NCBI GenBank assembly: GCA_964522985.1
Contig: CAZFXX010000001.1
Span: 1-50,517 of the forward strand
From: an uncultured Desulfobacteraceae bacterium
Lineage (GTDB): Bacteria > Desulfobacterota > Desulfobacteria > Desulfobacterales > 4572-123
Direction: 5' to 3'
Length of the DNA: 50,517 nucleotides
Below are positions 1 to 9,671 of the stretch, piece after piece. Made by a program: the position numbers and the translations under genes. Positions within the stretch are counted from its first letter, which is position 1, and every line of letters starts with the position of its first letter. The notes under the pieces were generated by a model that made no database searches, was not told the DNA's origin, and saw nothing but the letters and a program-made list of their open reading frames with translations.

Positions 1-1
1 C

Positions 2-3000
2 TGTGCATCTTCCACCATTGCCATTGATCTGGCCGTAAAAGGGTTGAAATCAAAGAATTATGAATATGTTATTACCGGCGGGGCCGATGCCAATCTGTAT
101 CCTGCCGTGATGCTTGCATTTAAACGGCTGAGTCTGCTGGCCAATGGTGAAAGCCGGTTCTTTGATAATAACTCAGACGGTTACATCATGGGTGAAGGGG
201 CTGCCATACAGGTGCTGACCACCTATAAAAATGCCGTTAAAAATAAAATGCCGATTTTAGGAGAGATAAACGGCCTGTCGTTTAAGTCCAGTGTGCCCGG
301 TCATTTGCTGGCACCTTCGGAGAGAGCCTATAAAGATGCCATAAATGACTGCTACCACAAAATCCCGGTAAACAAAAACCAGGTGGCCCATCTGGATGTA
401 TTCGGTGTATCCAATGCCTTTTTAGACGCCATGGAAAAGCAGGCGGTTGAAGCCAGCTTCAGGGAGAAGCTCTATTTTGGCAATATCAAACCCGAGTTCG
501 GCTATTTCAAGGCGGCCAACCCGGCCGTAGTGCTGACCAAGCTAATGCTCATGAATCAAAACAAAACCCTGCTGCCCAACAACAGTTACAGGGATAAGAC
601 ATCCCTGGTGGCCAAAGACTCCGTGTTGACGCCGGCCGGCAGTATCGTGGATACGGTCAGCAGACACAGGCTGCATTTTGCCGCGAATGTCAACGGCATC
701 GGCGGCATTCACGGCCATATGGTGGTGTCTACCCTGCCTGACCACCTCATGGCCGGGCAGATACAGGTCAATGTTGCTGAGACTGTGACCGCTGTTCAAC
801 AAAAACGTATTAAAAAAACAGATGCTCCTGCACTCAGCCAAAGGACCGCGCAACCGCTTGCACCCCCGGCAGGCCCCGCCATCTCCGCTGGAGCCAATAT
901 CGGCACGGTGAAAGGCAGGGGAATTGTGGCCCTGCTCTCCGGTCAGGGGGCACAGCACGGCGGCATGATGACGCAGTTGTACACAAGTGAAGCAACTATC
1001 CGCAGCACCATGGATCAAGGGGAAGCCATCTTTCGCCAAAAGCGTGGGTATTCGCTGCTGGATATCATGTTTGGCGACAGCAGCGATCTTGACCGGACAG
1101 ACAATACCCAGCCGGCGATTTTTCTTTCTTCGGCCGCCATTTTTCAATATTTGCACGAAAAAGGATTTAAACCGGATGCGTATATCGGCCACAGTGTGGG
1201 GGAATACACGGCTCTTTTCTGTGCCGGTATGCTTGATTTTGATAAAGCCATGAAGCTGGTCATCAAACGCGCGGACCTGATGATGGCGGCGGCCCGGCAG
1301 TTTCCCGGCAAAATTATGGTGGTGTTCCGCAAGGCCTCTGATGTCGCCGATCTTATCGTTGAATCGGGTCTCGGGGAAATCTATGTAACCAATAAAAACA
1401 GTGAACAGCAGACTGCCGTTTCCGGCAGGAGCGGAAATATCGAAATATTCTGCCAATTTTTAAAACAAAAGGGTGTTTTATTTAAAAAACTGGCGCTTTC
1501 CGGGGCCTTTCATACACCGCTGTTTGGTGAAGCGGCCCGGCAACTGGGAGAATATCTGAAAAATCTTCCCTTTACATCCGTAGATTATACCCGGGTGATT
1601 TCAAATGTTACGGCCCGGCCCTATCCTCAGGATGAACAGGCCGTCAAGGAGCTGCTGGTCAGCCAGATCGTCTCGCCGGTGGAGTTTATCAGGTCCGTTC
1701 AAGGGGCATATGCCGGGGAATTGACCGATTTTGTTGAAATCGGGCCGGGAAAACTGCTCGTCAACCTGCTCAAGAATATATCCATTGGTGCACATCACTG
1801 TATGGCGGCCGTGGAACCCAAACTGGGACAAGCGGCATCGTTAAAGCGCCTGGCCGATTATCTGATTGATCAAAAACGGTTGCCCATGTTCAAAAAGCCC
1901 AAACCGTCACTTGAAAAACTATCGATCCCGGTCTTGGAAACAAGTGCGGGGCAGAAAGAAATCGATTCGATGGATGATGCTGAATTTAACGCATTTTTGA
2001 CCAAAAATGATGCTTCTCTGAAAAAATTGATGTATCGCGAGTTTTTAAAAAGAAAGCGTGAAACAAATTTGCAGGCCATTGAAAAATTTAATTTCAATAC
2101 CGGCCGAATCGTCGTTGCCGGTGTATCCGTGGGCCTGCCCGGTACCGGCCACCGGGTCTTTAACGATGATAATTTTGATCGAATTCTGGCCGGCAATAAT
2201 TTTATCGAACCGTTAAGCCGTTCGGAAAAGGAAAAAATTCTGGACATGAACATCACCCGGGTTTTCAAGGAGCCTGACGGCAATGCCCGGTTGCTCAATA
2301 TCACCTCCACCAAGGATGTGATTCAACTGGCTGGAAAGCTTGGCTATTTTGATCTCAAGACCGAATATGGAATCGATTATAATTATGACATTACAATTTC
2401 ACTGGCCATTGCCGCCGGTATTGAAGCGCTAAAGGATGCCCGAATTCCGCTGGTACAGCAATATCGGAAGACCTCCCACGGTAGCCAGATACCCGATGGT
2501 TTTGCCCTGCCCGCTGAGATGCAGCACACCACCGGGATTATCCTGACCTCTCTTTTCCCCGGATTTGAGACATTGATTACCAAGATGAACAATTATTATT
2601 ACAACAAATTTTATGTCAAACCCTACAAAGAACTGGAAAGCATCTACTATCATCTGATGGCGGAAGTCACAGACGAGACGACCAAGGAACAGGTAACCGA
2701 CTGGTTTTTCAAGATCAAGGAAAGGCGAAAAAAATATGGCAAGTACAAGTTTGACCGCAATCTGCTCTATGACATCATACCATTGGGATCGGCCCATTTT
2801 GCTCAATTAATCAAGGCCAAGGGGCCCAATATTCAGATGAGCGGGGCCTGCGCCTCCACGACCCAGGCCGTGGGTGTGGCGGAAGACTGGATTCGTACGG
2901 GCCGCTGCGACCGTGTGATTGTCATCGGCGGCGAGGCGGCAACATCGGAAATTCAGAGTCCCTGGGTTGCGTCCGGGTTCTTGGCCCTGGGCGCGGCGTC

Positions 3001-6000
3001 GGTCAAGGACGTGGTGGCCGATGCAGCCAAACCTTTTGACGCAGAGCGGAACGGCACGATCCTTGGCAGCGGAGCCGTGTCCATGGTGATCGAACGGGAA
3101 GATAGTGTCCAGGAGAGGGGTTTGAACGGGCAGGCGGAAATTCTGGGGACCCATATCGGCAACAGCGCCTTTCATGCCACCCGTATCGATGTCGATCATA
3201 TCGGCGGTGCGATGCAGCGATTTATGACCGGTATGGAAAAACGCCATGGTCTACAGCGAAAAAAGATGGTGAAATCCATGATTTTTATGTCCCATGAAAC
3301 CTATACACCGGCGCGTGGCGGCAGTGCGGATGCTGAAATTGCCGCTTTAAGACAAACCTTTGGCCGGGAGAGCCGGGATATTACCATTACCAATACAAAG
3401 GGATTTACAGGCCATACACTGGGGGCGGCCATTGAAGATGCCGTCCTGGTCAAGGCCCTGCAAAAGGGCCTGGTGCCGCCGATTGCCAATTTGAAAAAAG
3501 TGCCCCCCGAGTTTGCAGATCTGAAACTGTTCCACCGAAGTAAGGGCGACTTTCGTTTCGGGCTGCATTTTTCGGCTGGCTTCGGGTCTCATTTTGCTTT
3601 TTTGCTGATCAAACGAGTCGCTGAAAAAGGGATTGAGAACAATGCGACATATACCCGCTGGCTGCAAAAAATATCCGGTTACACCAATCCCATGCCGGTA
3701 TTGCACAACAATACCCTTTATGTGAGTAAAGGCCCGGATGAGAAAGAAACATTGCCGGCGATAGCACCATCGGAAAGGAAAAAACCGATTTCGCCTCTGT
3801 CGGAAGCGGCCGCCGAAAAAAATCCTGGAAATTCCACGGTTGCGCAGGATACCGCCGAGTTGCTGATAAAAAGCATACAGGCGATTATTGCCAAACAGAC
3901 CGGGTACACCGAAGATATGCTGGATGCCGACCTTGATCTGGAAGCCGACCTTGGTATCGACACGGTCAAGCAGGTAGAGGTGTTCGGAAAAATTTCCGCT
4001 CATTTTAAACTGCCGGTGCCCGAGGACCTCAAGCTGAGGGACCTGAACACCATCGCCCGCCTGGCAGACTATATTGCGGCTGCAGTCGGAAATGCGAAAA
4101 TCGGGGCAGATCAGGCGGAACCCGTTGCCAGAGCGCAAAGTGCCGAAGGGGCACCCGTTATTTTGTCTACCATCCGGGATATCATTGCCAAACAGACCGG
4201 GTACACCGAAGATATGCTGGATGCCGACCTTGATCTGGAGGCCGACCTTGGTATCGACACGGTCAAGCAGGTAGAGGTGTTCGGAAAAATTTCCACCCAT
4301 TTCAATCTGCCGGTGCCCGAGGACCTCAAGCTGAGAGACCTGAACACCATCGCCCGCCTGGCAGACTATATTGCGGCTGAAACCGAAAGCAATGCACCTG
4401 AGGCGGGTCATTCGGAAAGCGCCGTTAAAGCGCAGGGTGACGACGACGCATTAAGGGAGTTGTCCATTATTCGTGGTATAATCGCCAAACAGACCGGGTA
4501 CACCGAAGATATGCTGGATGCCGACCTTGATCTGGAGGCCGACCTTGGTATCGACACGGTCAAGCAGGTAGAGGTGTTCGGAAAAATTTCCACCCATTTC
4601 AATCTGCCGGTGCCCGAGGACCTCAAGCTGAGAGACCTGAACACCATCGCCCGCCTGGCAGACTATATTGCGGCTGAAACCGGAAATAAGAAAACCGTGG
4701 CAGATCAAGCGGAAAAGACCGCTGGAAAGGATGCACAAACAGAAACATCGCCCCCAAGCATACCGGAAAAGGTTCCGGCGATTTCGACTTCAGGGGTCTG
4801 TCGTTTTGTTGTTAAGGCAGACGCGGTTCCGCTGTCCGAAAATCGGGAAAATATATTCAGGGACCATACTTTTCTCATAACGCCGGACCGTTTCGGGTTC
4901 GCCGATGCAATCAGTCGCAGGATCAAGTCTTTTTCCGGGCATGTTTTGACCATGGGCAGTGAAACATCGGCAGATATCCGGGTTGATTTTTCCGATTTAA
5001 AGAACCTGGAAGAAAAAATACAGGTTATTGGGGCAAAACACCCTGAAATCAAGGGGCTTATTCATCTGCACCCGCTGAATGCATACTTTGACGGCGGCCC
5101 AACGGACATCCATGAAATCACCGCATCCGTAAAATCGTTTTTCCTGATGGTCAGGTACCTGCTGCCCCTGCTGGATCGTTCGGGCACACTGATCTCAACC
5201 CTGGTCTTTGAATCGATTGTATTTCCCTATGGGAATTCGCCCGGGAATATCCATCCGGTATTTGCAGCCCTGGGCGGCATGCTCAAGACCATGAAAAAGG
5301 AATTGAAAAGTACTTTGGTCAAGGCCGTGGATTTTTCCATTCCAAATCCTCTGGAGCAGGTGGAATCCATTGTCGATCAATATGTGGCCGAACTCATGAC
5401 CTCTGACCGGCACGTGGAGACCGGTTACAGAGATGGTCGGAAATACACCCTGTCTCTGATAGAGCAGGCGGTCAAACAGGGTCGAAGCATGGTCAAAAAG
5501 GGTGATACGATCCTGGTTACCGGAGGGGCCCGGGGGATCACCTTTGAAATTTTAAAGGCCCTGGCAACAGAATATCAAATCCGTCCGATTATTTTCGGGC
5601 GTAGTGACATAAACGCGCTGGATGCGGATTTCAAGAGAGAAGATGCCGACGAACAATATATTTTCGGATGCTTGAAATCCCGGATGAAAGGCGCCAAACC
5701 CGTGGAAATAAAACGGGCCGTTCAAAAAAATATGGCACTTAAGAAGGTCATTGCCAATATCACAGCGCTTTCGGCGCTGGGAATCGATATTCGGTATCAT
5801 TGTGTCGATGTGCTTAACACAAAAGCTGTTTTGCGGGCCATTGACTCGATTTTACCCATAGACGGCGTACTTCATGCCGCCGGTGTGGAAGAGAGCCGAT
5901 TTATCGGAAAAAAATCGCTGGATTCTTTTAACCGGGTCTTTGATACCAAAATTACCGGTGCCCGCAACCTGCTGCAGGCACTTGACGGTAAAGCGTACCG

Positions 6001-7297
6001 TTTTTTTCTAACCTTTTCATCTGTTACCGCTAAATTCGGCAACGAAGGCCAGGTGGATTATACCGGGGCCAATGATATGCTGGCCAAAATTCTTTTGCAG
6101 GAAAAAATACTTCATCCGGAAAAAACATATAAGGTTTTTGACTGGACCGCCTGGGACGGTGCCGGCATGGCCACAAAGGAAACCGTTAAAAAAGTCCTGC
6201 AACAAAGGGGACTGGCGTTTTTGCCTCTTGACCGGGGTGTACGGTTTTTCATGGATGAACTGTATGATTCCGAATCGATAGAGGCGGTTTTTACCGGCAG
6301 AGACACTGACTTTGATCCGGATGGTTTGTTTCAGGCCGTGGACCTGCCAGCAGTTAAGCACAGTCGGCCCTTTATCGATCAGGTGAAGGACAAAAACGCG
6401 GTCCAGGCACAATATGCCAGGACACTGGACTTGAAAAGGGATCTTTTTCTGCTGGATCATTCCCGACGGGATGTACCCATATTTCTCGGGGCAACCGGTA
6501 TTGAGGCAATGGCTGAGGCGGCCTCGACCCTGGCGCCGGACGGCAGTCGTCTGATATCCATGCATGAATTTTCCATACCTTATGGCATAAAACTACTTAA
6601 GGGCAGGCCAAAGGAGATCTTAATTAAAGCCATGCAGCAGGTTGAGCATACTCACAGATTTGCCTGCAACATCTCGTCACAGTTTAAAAACCAGGAAGGC
6701 AGCGCCCTGGGGGATCCCAAACGCCACTATCAGGGGGTCTTCGAATTTTCCATGCAAAAGCCCGAACAGGTAGGGATCAGGATTCCCAAATTTACCCCGG
6801 TTCAATATGACGGTAATATCCAGAATCTTTTGTACCATCCGTCCAGGCTGTTTATGAACGGATTGTTCAGAACGGTTGAAGATATTCTTTCTTTTGAACC
6901 GAAGGTGTTGATTTCCAGGGTGCGCAACAGCAGTCAAAAGCCGTTTTTTGCCGGCGATGCAGCACCCGAGTTTATCACTGATGTGCCAATTGTAGATGCC
7001 ATGTTTCAGACCGGCGGTATGCTGGAAGTCATGACAACCCATGAGATTGTCTTGCCGGCCCGTATCCGGCGGATGGATTTTTACGGAAAGCTGCAAAAAA
7101 ACAAAGAATATACCTGTATTACCCGAAAGACCGATAACGGCCCAAAGGCCAATACCTATCAGCTCGATCTTGTGGATATCGACGGCATGCTTTTGATTCG
7201 TATCGAAGATTTTGAAATGATTAAGGTGGACCGCCTGGCGCCGGAAAACAGAATAACCGATAAAATCAGTTCGCCGGCCCTGAAAAAAGCCTCCTGA
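2..7297 (+). CDS. Multidomain type I PKS / PUFA-synthase (PfaA)-like megasynthase, 5' end cut by the window edge; domain order KS(Cys only)-AT-KS-ACPx3-KR-DH
   Basis: The frame is open from nt 2. CASSTIAIDLAV (KS active-site Cys motif) precedes the track's TTG 'start' at 44. AT motifs are GQGAQ, GHSVGEY (1188-1208) and GAFH. The second, FabF-like KS has GACAS (Cys codon 2849-2851), SHETYTP and TKGFTGHTLGAA. Three 99-aa carrier-protein repeats lie at ~3860-4680. The KR Rossmann motif TGGARGI is at ~5517. A DH-type LLDH motif has its His codon at 6458-6460. TGA stop at 7295-7297. Confidence 0.9.
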   Translation, partial: CASSTIAIDLAVKGLKSKNYEYVITGGADANLYPAVMLAFKRLSLLANGESRFFDNNSDGYIMGEGAAIQVLTTYKNAVKNKMPILGEINGLSFKSSVPGHLLAPSERAYKDAINDCYHKIPVNKNQVAHLDVFGVSNAFLDAMEKQAVEASFREKLYFGNIKPEFGYFKAANPAVVLTKLMLMNQNKTLLPNNSYRDKTSLVAKDSVLTPAGSIVDTVSRHRLHFAANVNGIGGIHGHMVVSTLPDHLMAGQIQVNVAETVTAVQQKRIKKTDAPALSQRTAQPLAPPAGPAISAGANIGTVKGRGIVALLSGQGAQHGGMMTQLYTSEATIRSTMDQGEAIFRQKRGYSLLDIMFGDSSDLDRTDNTQPAIFLSSAAIFQYLHEKGFKPDAYIGHSVGEYTALFCAGMLDFDKAMKLVIKRADLMMAAARQFPGKIMVVFRKASDVADLIVESGLGEIYVTNKNSEQQTAVSGRSGNIEIFCQFLKQKGVLFKKLALSGAFHTPLFGEAARQLGEYLKNLPFTSVDYTRVISNVTARPYPQDEQAVKELLVSQIVSPVEFIRSVQGAYAGELTDFVEIGPGKLLVNLLKNISIGAHHCMAAVEPKLGQAASLKRLADYLIDQKRLPMFKKPKPSLEKLSIPVLETSAGQKEIDSMDDAEFNAFLTKNDASLKKLMYREFLKRKRETNLQAIEKFNFNTGRIVVAGVSVGLPGTGHRVFNDDNFDRILAGNNFIEPLSRSEKEKILDMNITRVFKEPDGNARLLNITSTKDVIQLAGKLGYFDLKTEYGIDYNYDITISLAIAAGIEALKDARIPLVQQYRKTSHGSQIPDGFALPAEMQHTTGIILTSLFPGFETLITKMNNYYYNKFYVKPYKELESIYYHLMAEVTDETTKEQVTDWFFKIKERRKKYGKYKFDRNLLYDIIPLGSAHFAQLIKAKGPNIQMSGACASTTQAVGVAEDWIRTGRCDRVIVIGGEAATSEIQSPWVASGFLALGAASVKDVVADAAKPFDAERNGTILGSGAVSMVIEREDSVQERGLNGQAEILGTHIGNSAFHATRIDVDHIGGAMQRFMTGMEKRHGLQRKKMVKSMIFMSHETYTPARGGSADAEIAALRQTFGRESRDITITNTKGFTGHTLGAAIEDAVLVKALQKGLVPPIANLKKVPPEFADLKLFHRSKGDFRFGLHFSAGFGSHFAFLLIKRVAEKGIENNATYTRWLQKISGYTNPMPVLHNNTLYVSKGPDEKETLPAIAPSERKKPISPLSEAAAEKNPGNSTVAQDTAELLIKSIQAIIAKQTGYTEDMLDADLDLEADLGIDTVKQVEVFGKISAHFKLPVPEDLKLRDLNTIARLADYIAAAVGNAKIGADQAEPVARAQSAEGAPVILSTIRDIIAKQTGYTEDMLDADLDLEADLGIDTVKQVEVFGKISTHFNLPVPEDLKLRDLNTIARLADYIAAETESNAPEAGHSESAVKAQGDDDALRELSIIRGIIAKQTGYTEDMLDADLDLEADLGIDTVKQVEVFGKISTHFNLPVPEDLKLRDLNTIARLADYIAAETGNKKTVADQAEKTAGKDAQTETSPPSIPEKVPAISTSGVCRFVVKADAVPLSENRENIFRDHTFLITPDRFGFADAISRRIKSFSGHVLTMGSETSADIRVDFSDLKNLEEKIQVIGAKHPEIKGLIHLHPLNAYFDGGPTDIHEITASVKSFFLMVRYLLPLLDRSGTLISTLVFESIVFPYGNSPGNIHPVFAALGGMLKTMKKELKSTLVKAVDFSIPNPLEQVESIVDQYVAELMTSDRHVETGYRDGRKYTLSLIEQAVKQGRSMVKKGDTILVTGGARGITFEILKALATEYQIRPIIFGRSDINALDADFKREDADEQYIFGCLKSRMKGAKPVEIKRAVQKNMALKKVIANITALSALGIDIRYHCVDVLNTKAVLRAIDSILPIDGVLHAAGVEESRFIGKKSLDSFNRVFDTKITGARNLLQALDGKAYRFFLTFSSVTAKFGNEGQVDYTGANDMLAKILLQEKILHPEKTYKVFDWTAWDGAGMATKETVKKVLQQRGLAFLPLDRGVRFFMDELYDSESIEAVFTGRDTDFDPDGLFQAVDLPAVKHSRPFIDQVKDKNAVQAQYARTLDLKRDLFLLDHSRRDVPIFLGATGIEAMAEAASTLAPDGSRLISMHEFSIPYGIKLLKGRPKEILIKAMQQVEHTHRFACNISSQFKNQEGSALGDPKRHYQGVFEFSMQKPEQVGIRIPKFTPVQYDGNIQNLLYHPSRLFMNGLFRTVEDILSFEPKVLISRVRNSSQKPFFAGDAAPEFITDVPIVDAMFQTGGMLEVMTTHEIVLPARIRRMDFYGKLQKNKEYTCITRKTDNGPKANTYQLDLVDIDGMLLIRIEDFEMIKVDRLAPENRITDKISSPALKKAS
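3887..4676 (+). repeat. Three tandem 297-bp coding repeats (ACP domains) inside the megasynthase
   Basis: The repeat core (attgccaaacagaccgggtacaccgaagatatgctggatgcc...) starts at 3887, 4184 and 4481, an exact 297-nt period. Copies 2 and 3 are identical over ~200 nt. Copy 1 differs at a few codons. Confidence 0.95.
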
Positions 7298-7432
7298 TGC
7301 CGGATAAACCGGAATGATAATAAAAATTGAATAATTGTGGTATGCTTTGCTCTGTCTTTTTATAAAATTGCAAAACCGAAAATAATGCAATGAGGATGGG
7401 TTAAGCGAATATTTGAAGGGTTGTAATAAAAA

Positions 7433-8200
7433 GTGTTACAAAAGCAGATGACTTTTCAGGGCCTATGGAACGAGGTTTCCATGGGCACTGACATCCGGAT
7501 CGGTTTTATGGCGATTGCCGATTTTATCAAAACAAACCTTGTCAATGTTCCGGTTGAAAAATATCAGGTCTTGAAAAATATTGTTTTTCAGCCGGATATG
7601 TTTCGACGCCCCTTTCTCTCCTCCACCGAAATCAAAACCCTGAATCGTTTCAAGGCGTTGAAAAAGCAGATCGAATGGCTGAGCGGGCGATTCGCAGTAA
7701 AAAAATTGGTTTCTTCCATCAGCTTTGTGCCGAATCATTATTCCGATATTATCATTGATTATGAACCGGATGGCGCCCCCTATCTGCCGGAATACCCGGA
7801 TCTGCCCATCTCCATATCCCATTCGGGAGACTATGCGGCATGCGCCTTGAGCCGGGACAGCTTCATTAAAATCGGCATCGATATCGAAAAATTAGATCCT
7901 TCTGTCATTGAACACATTTTTAAAGTGGCTTTTACGGACCGGGAACAATCAATTCTGAAACGATGTTCCGATACCGCGGTTTTTGAAAACTGGACAGCCA
8001 AGGAAGCCTATCTGAAGTATATAAAAAAGGGCTTTAATGAGAGTTTGAAACAAGTTGAAGTGATCAACGGCAAGATTTATCACCACCGCCGGGAGGTGCA
8101 AGGTGCGGCCCTTTTTTCAACACGGATTGATAATGAATATGCGCTATCCCTGATTTACCGTGTGGGTCCGAAAACAGATTGCAGTAATTACGCCGCCTGA
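7433..8200 (+). CDS. Sfp/PfaE-type 4'-phosphopantetheinyl transferase
   Basis: Lies 135 nt downstream of the megasynthase. Motifs are GAPYL, ISISHSGDYAACAL, GIDIE and WTAKEAYLKY. The start is uncertain (GTG 7433, ATG 7448 or ATG 7481, all in frame). Confidence 0.8.
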   Translation: MLQKQMTFQGLWNEVSMGTDIRIGFMAIADFIKTNLVNVPVEKYQVLKNIVFQPDMFRRPFLSSTEIKTLNRFKALKKQIEWLSGRFAVKKLVSSISFVPNHYSDIIIDYEPDGAPYLPEYPDLPISISHSGDYAACALSRDSFIKIGIDIEKLDPSVIEHIFKVAFTDREQSILKRCSDTAVFENWTAKEAYLKYIKKGFNESLKQVEVINGKIYHHRREVQGAALFSTRIDNEYALSLIYRVGPKTDCSNYAA

Positions 8201-8686
8201 TAGTCGAATATATTTCCTGTTGCCCATCCGGAAAGGGCCTTTCTATCCAATTCCCTCGTCATGTACTGTGAAATACGGTGAAGCAAATACCGGCGGGATA
8301 CTCAAAAAATCATCCTCGAAATATCAAACGGAAGCCTCTGTTTATATTTTTCAGATGCCTTGATCTTGAACAAAAAGCCCCATTTCCGGATGGGCGAATT
8401 CTATTCTTTTTGCGGACGTCCTTGATCTTTTTCTCGCCTTGGGGACATAACTTTTTTTAAAAGAAGCTAAGGATTCGAGCTGCAATGCTGCCGGAAATCT
8501 CGGTATTCACAGCGGTTTGTTGACAATTGTTTTTAAATTTTTTAATCTGTTGCCGATTGCTTCAACAATAAGGCAGGTATCCTTTTGATCTAAAAAATAA
8601 ATGGCCGGGCAATCAACGGCAGAAACATCGTGGAAAGCGACCAGCGGATACGGTTTGTTTAATTTTCTGTATAAAAGGAGATCAAA

Positions 8687-9136
8687 ATGAAAATTCTGGT
8701 TGGGTATACCGGATCCAAAGCCGGCAAGGCAGCGTTGGATCTGGCCGTAGTGCATGCAAAAGCCTTTGGCGCTCAAGTTAATGTCGTCTTTTCTTTAAAC
8801 AAAAAAGCCGAAAAGAATTCTAAAAAAATTCATGAGGCTGAACAAGTTCTGGAATATGCGGATCGCTTTTATGGAAAAGCGAGTATCCCATGTAAAACGG
8901 CCCTGTTGATCCGAGGGTTGAGCCATGGGGAGGACCTGATTCAGTACGCAAATGAACATCACATCGATGAGATTATCATCGGTGCAAGCCGATCATCACT
9001 GGTGGGAAAACTGGTTTTTGGAAATACAGCCCAATATGTCATCCTGAATGCTGACTGCCCTGTTGTTTTAACCAAGAGCCGCCTCCATAAAAACATGGCT
9101 TTTTCGAGATACCTGGCAACCGAAAAAGTTGACTGA
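8687..9136 (+). CDS. Universal stress protein (UspA family)
   Basis: 149 aa. A GGAG RBS (aaaaggagatcaaaATG) precedes the start. The MKILVGYTGS N-terminus and IIIGASRSSLVGKLVFGNTAQYVI ATP-binding-type C-terminal motif fit the family. Confidence 0.8.
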   Translation: MKILVGYTGSKAGKAALDLAVVHAKAFGAQVNVVFSLNKKAEKNSKKIHEAEQVLEYADRFYGKASIPCKTALLIRGLSHGEDLIQYANEHHIDEIIIGASRSSLVGKLVFGNTAQYVILNADCPVVLTKSRLHKNMAFSRYLATEKVD

Positions 9137-9157
9137 GGGTGAGCCCGGGACACATGT

Positions 9158-9544
9158 ATGCCATCAAATAATAAACAATCAGATATCGACAGCCACAGCA
9201 GGATCGTTGCCGAGGCGCGGCGCAACCGGGAGCAGGAAGAAAAGACTTACAGGGCCAAGGCCCTTAAAATGTACCCTTGGATCTGTGCGCGGTGCGGGCG
9301 TGACTTCAGCGGCAAAAAACTTCGGGAACTCACGGTTCACCACAGGGACCACAACCACGACAACAATCCTCCCGACGGCAGCAACTGGGAACTTTTGTGT
9401 ATCTACTGCCACGACAACGAGCACTCCCGTGATGAAGTGGCCGATGCCTATGGCGAGGATACGGTACCGGGTCTGGAATCAGGACAGCCTTCCGGATACA
9501 GACCGTTTGCCGAGCTTGAGAACCTGCTGAAGAATAAAAAATAA
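9158..9544 (+). CDS. yajD: YajD-family HNH nuclease
   Basis: 128 aa. It appears collinear with E. coli YajD as I recall it: YREKALK.YPW.C.RC, RELTVHH.DH.H.NNP.DGSNWELLC.YCHD.EHS, and a C-terminal F..L..L....KK. Confidence 0.85.
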   Translation: MPSNNKQSDIDSHSRIVAEARRNREQEEKTYRAKALKMYPWICARCGRDFSGKKLRELTVHHRDHNHDNNPPDGSNWELLCIYCHDNEHSRDEVADAYGEDTVPGLESGQPSGYRPFAELENLLKNKK

Positions 9545-9671
9545 GATATGCGCCGGTTTCAAACCGCCCCTTTTTGACCAATTCCCGCGTTGGCCAAACG
9601 GAAACGTTTTGAAATTGACGCTTATATGCTAAAATTGTATTTTAAATCGCAACCGTCTTACAGGGGAAAAA

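Noticed and set aside
3887-4676. A regularly spaced tandem repeat that could superficially look like a CRISPR-type array
   Set aside because: The 297-bp period lies entirely within a protein-coding frame and encodes three ACP domains. There is no short repeat/spacer structure anywhere in the window.
542-7390. Multiple long minus-strand ORFs inside the megasynthase (542..1456, 3347..4411, 6017..6565, 6677..7390 and the duplicated 79-aa ORFs at 4111..4350 and 4408..4647)
   Set aside because: All are antisense to a continuous 2417-aa multidomain reading frame with clear KS/AT/ACP/KR/DH motifs. The duplicated small ORFs simply mirror the ACP repeats.
9129-9530. A 133-aa alternative-frame ORF overlapping yajD (contains a TTTTTT run)
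   Set aside because: The overlapping frame 9158..9544 gives a near-textbook YajD HNH protein. The alternative frame is low-complexity.
9552-9576. A possible terminator after yajD (CGGTT-TCA-AACCG followed by CCCCTTTTT)
   Set aside because: Only a 5-bp stem with a 3-nt loop, too weak to call with confidence.
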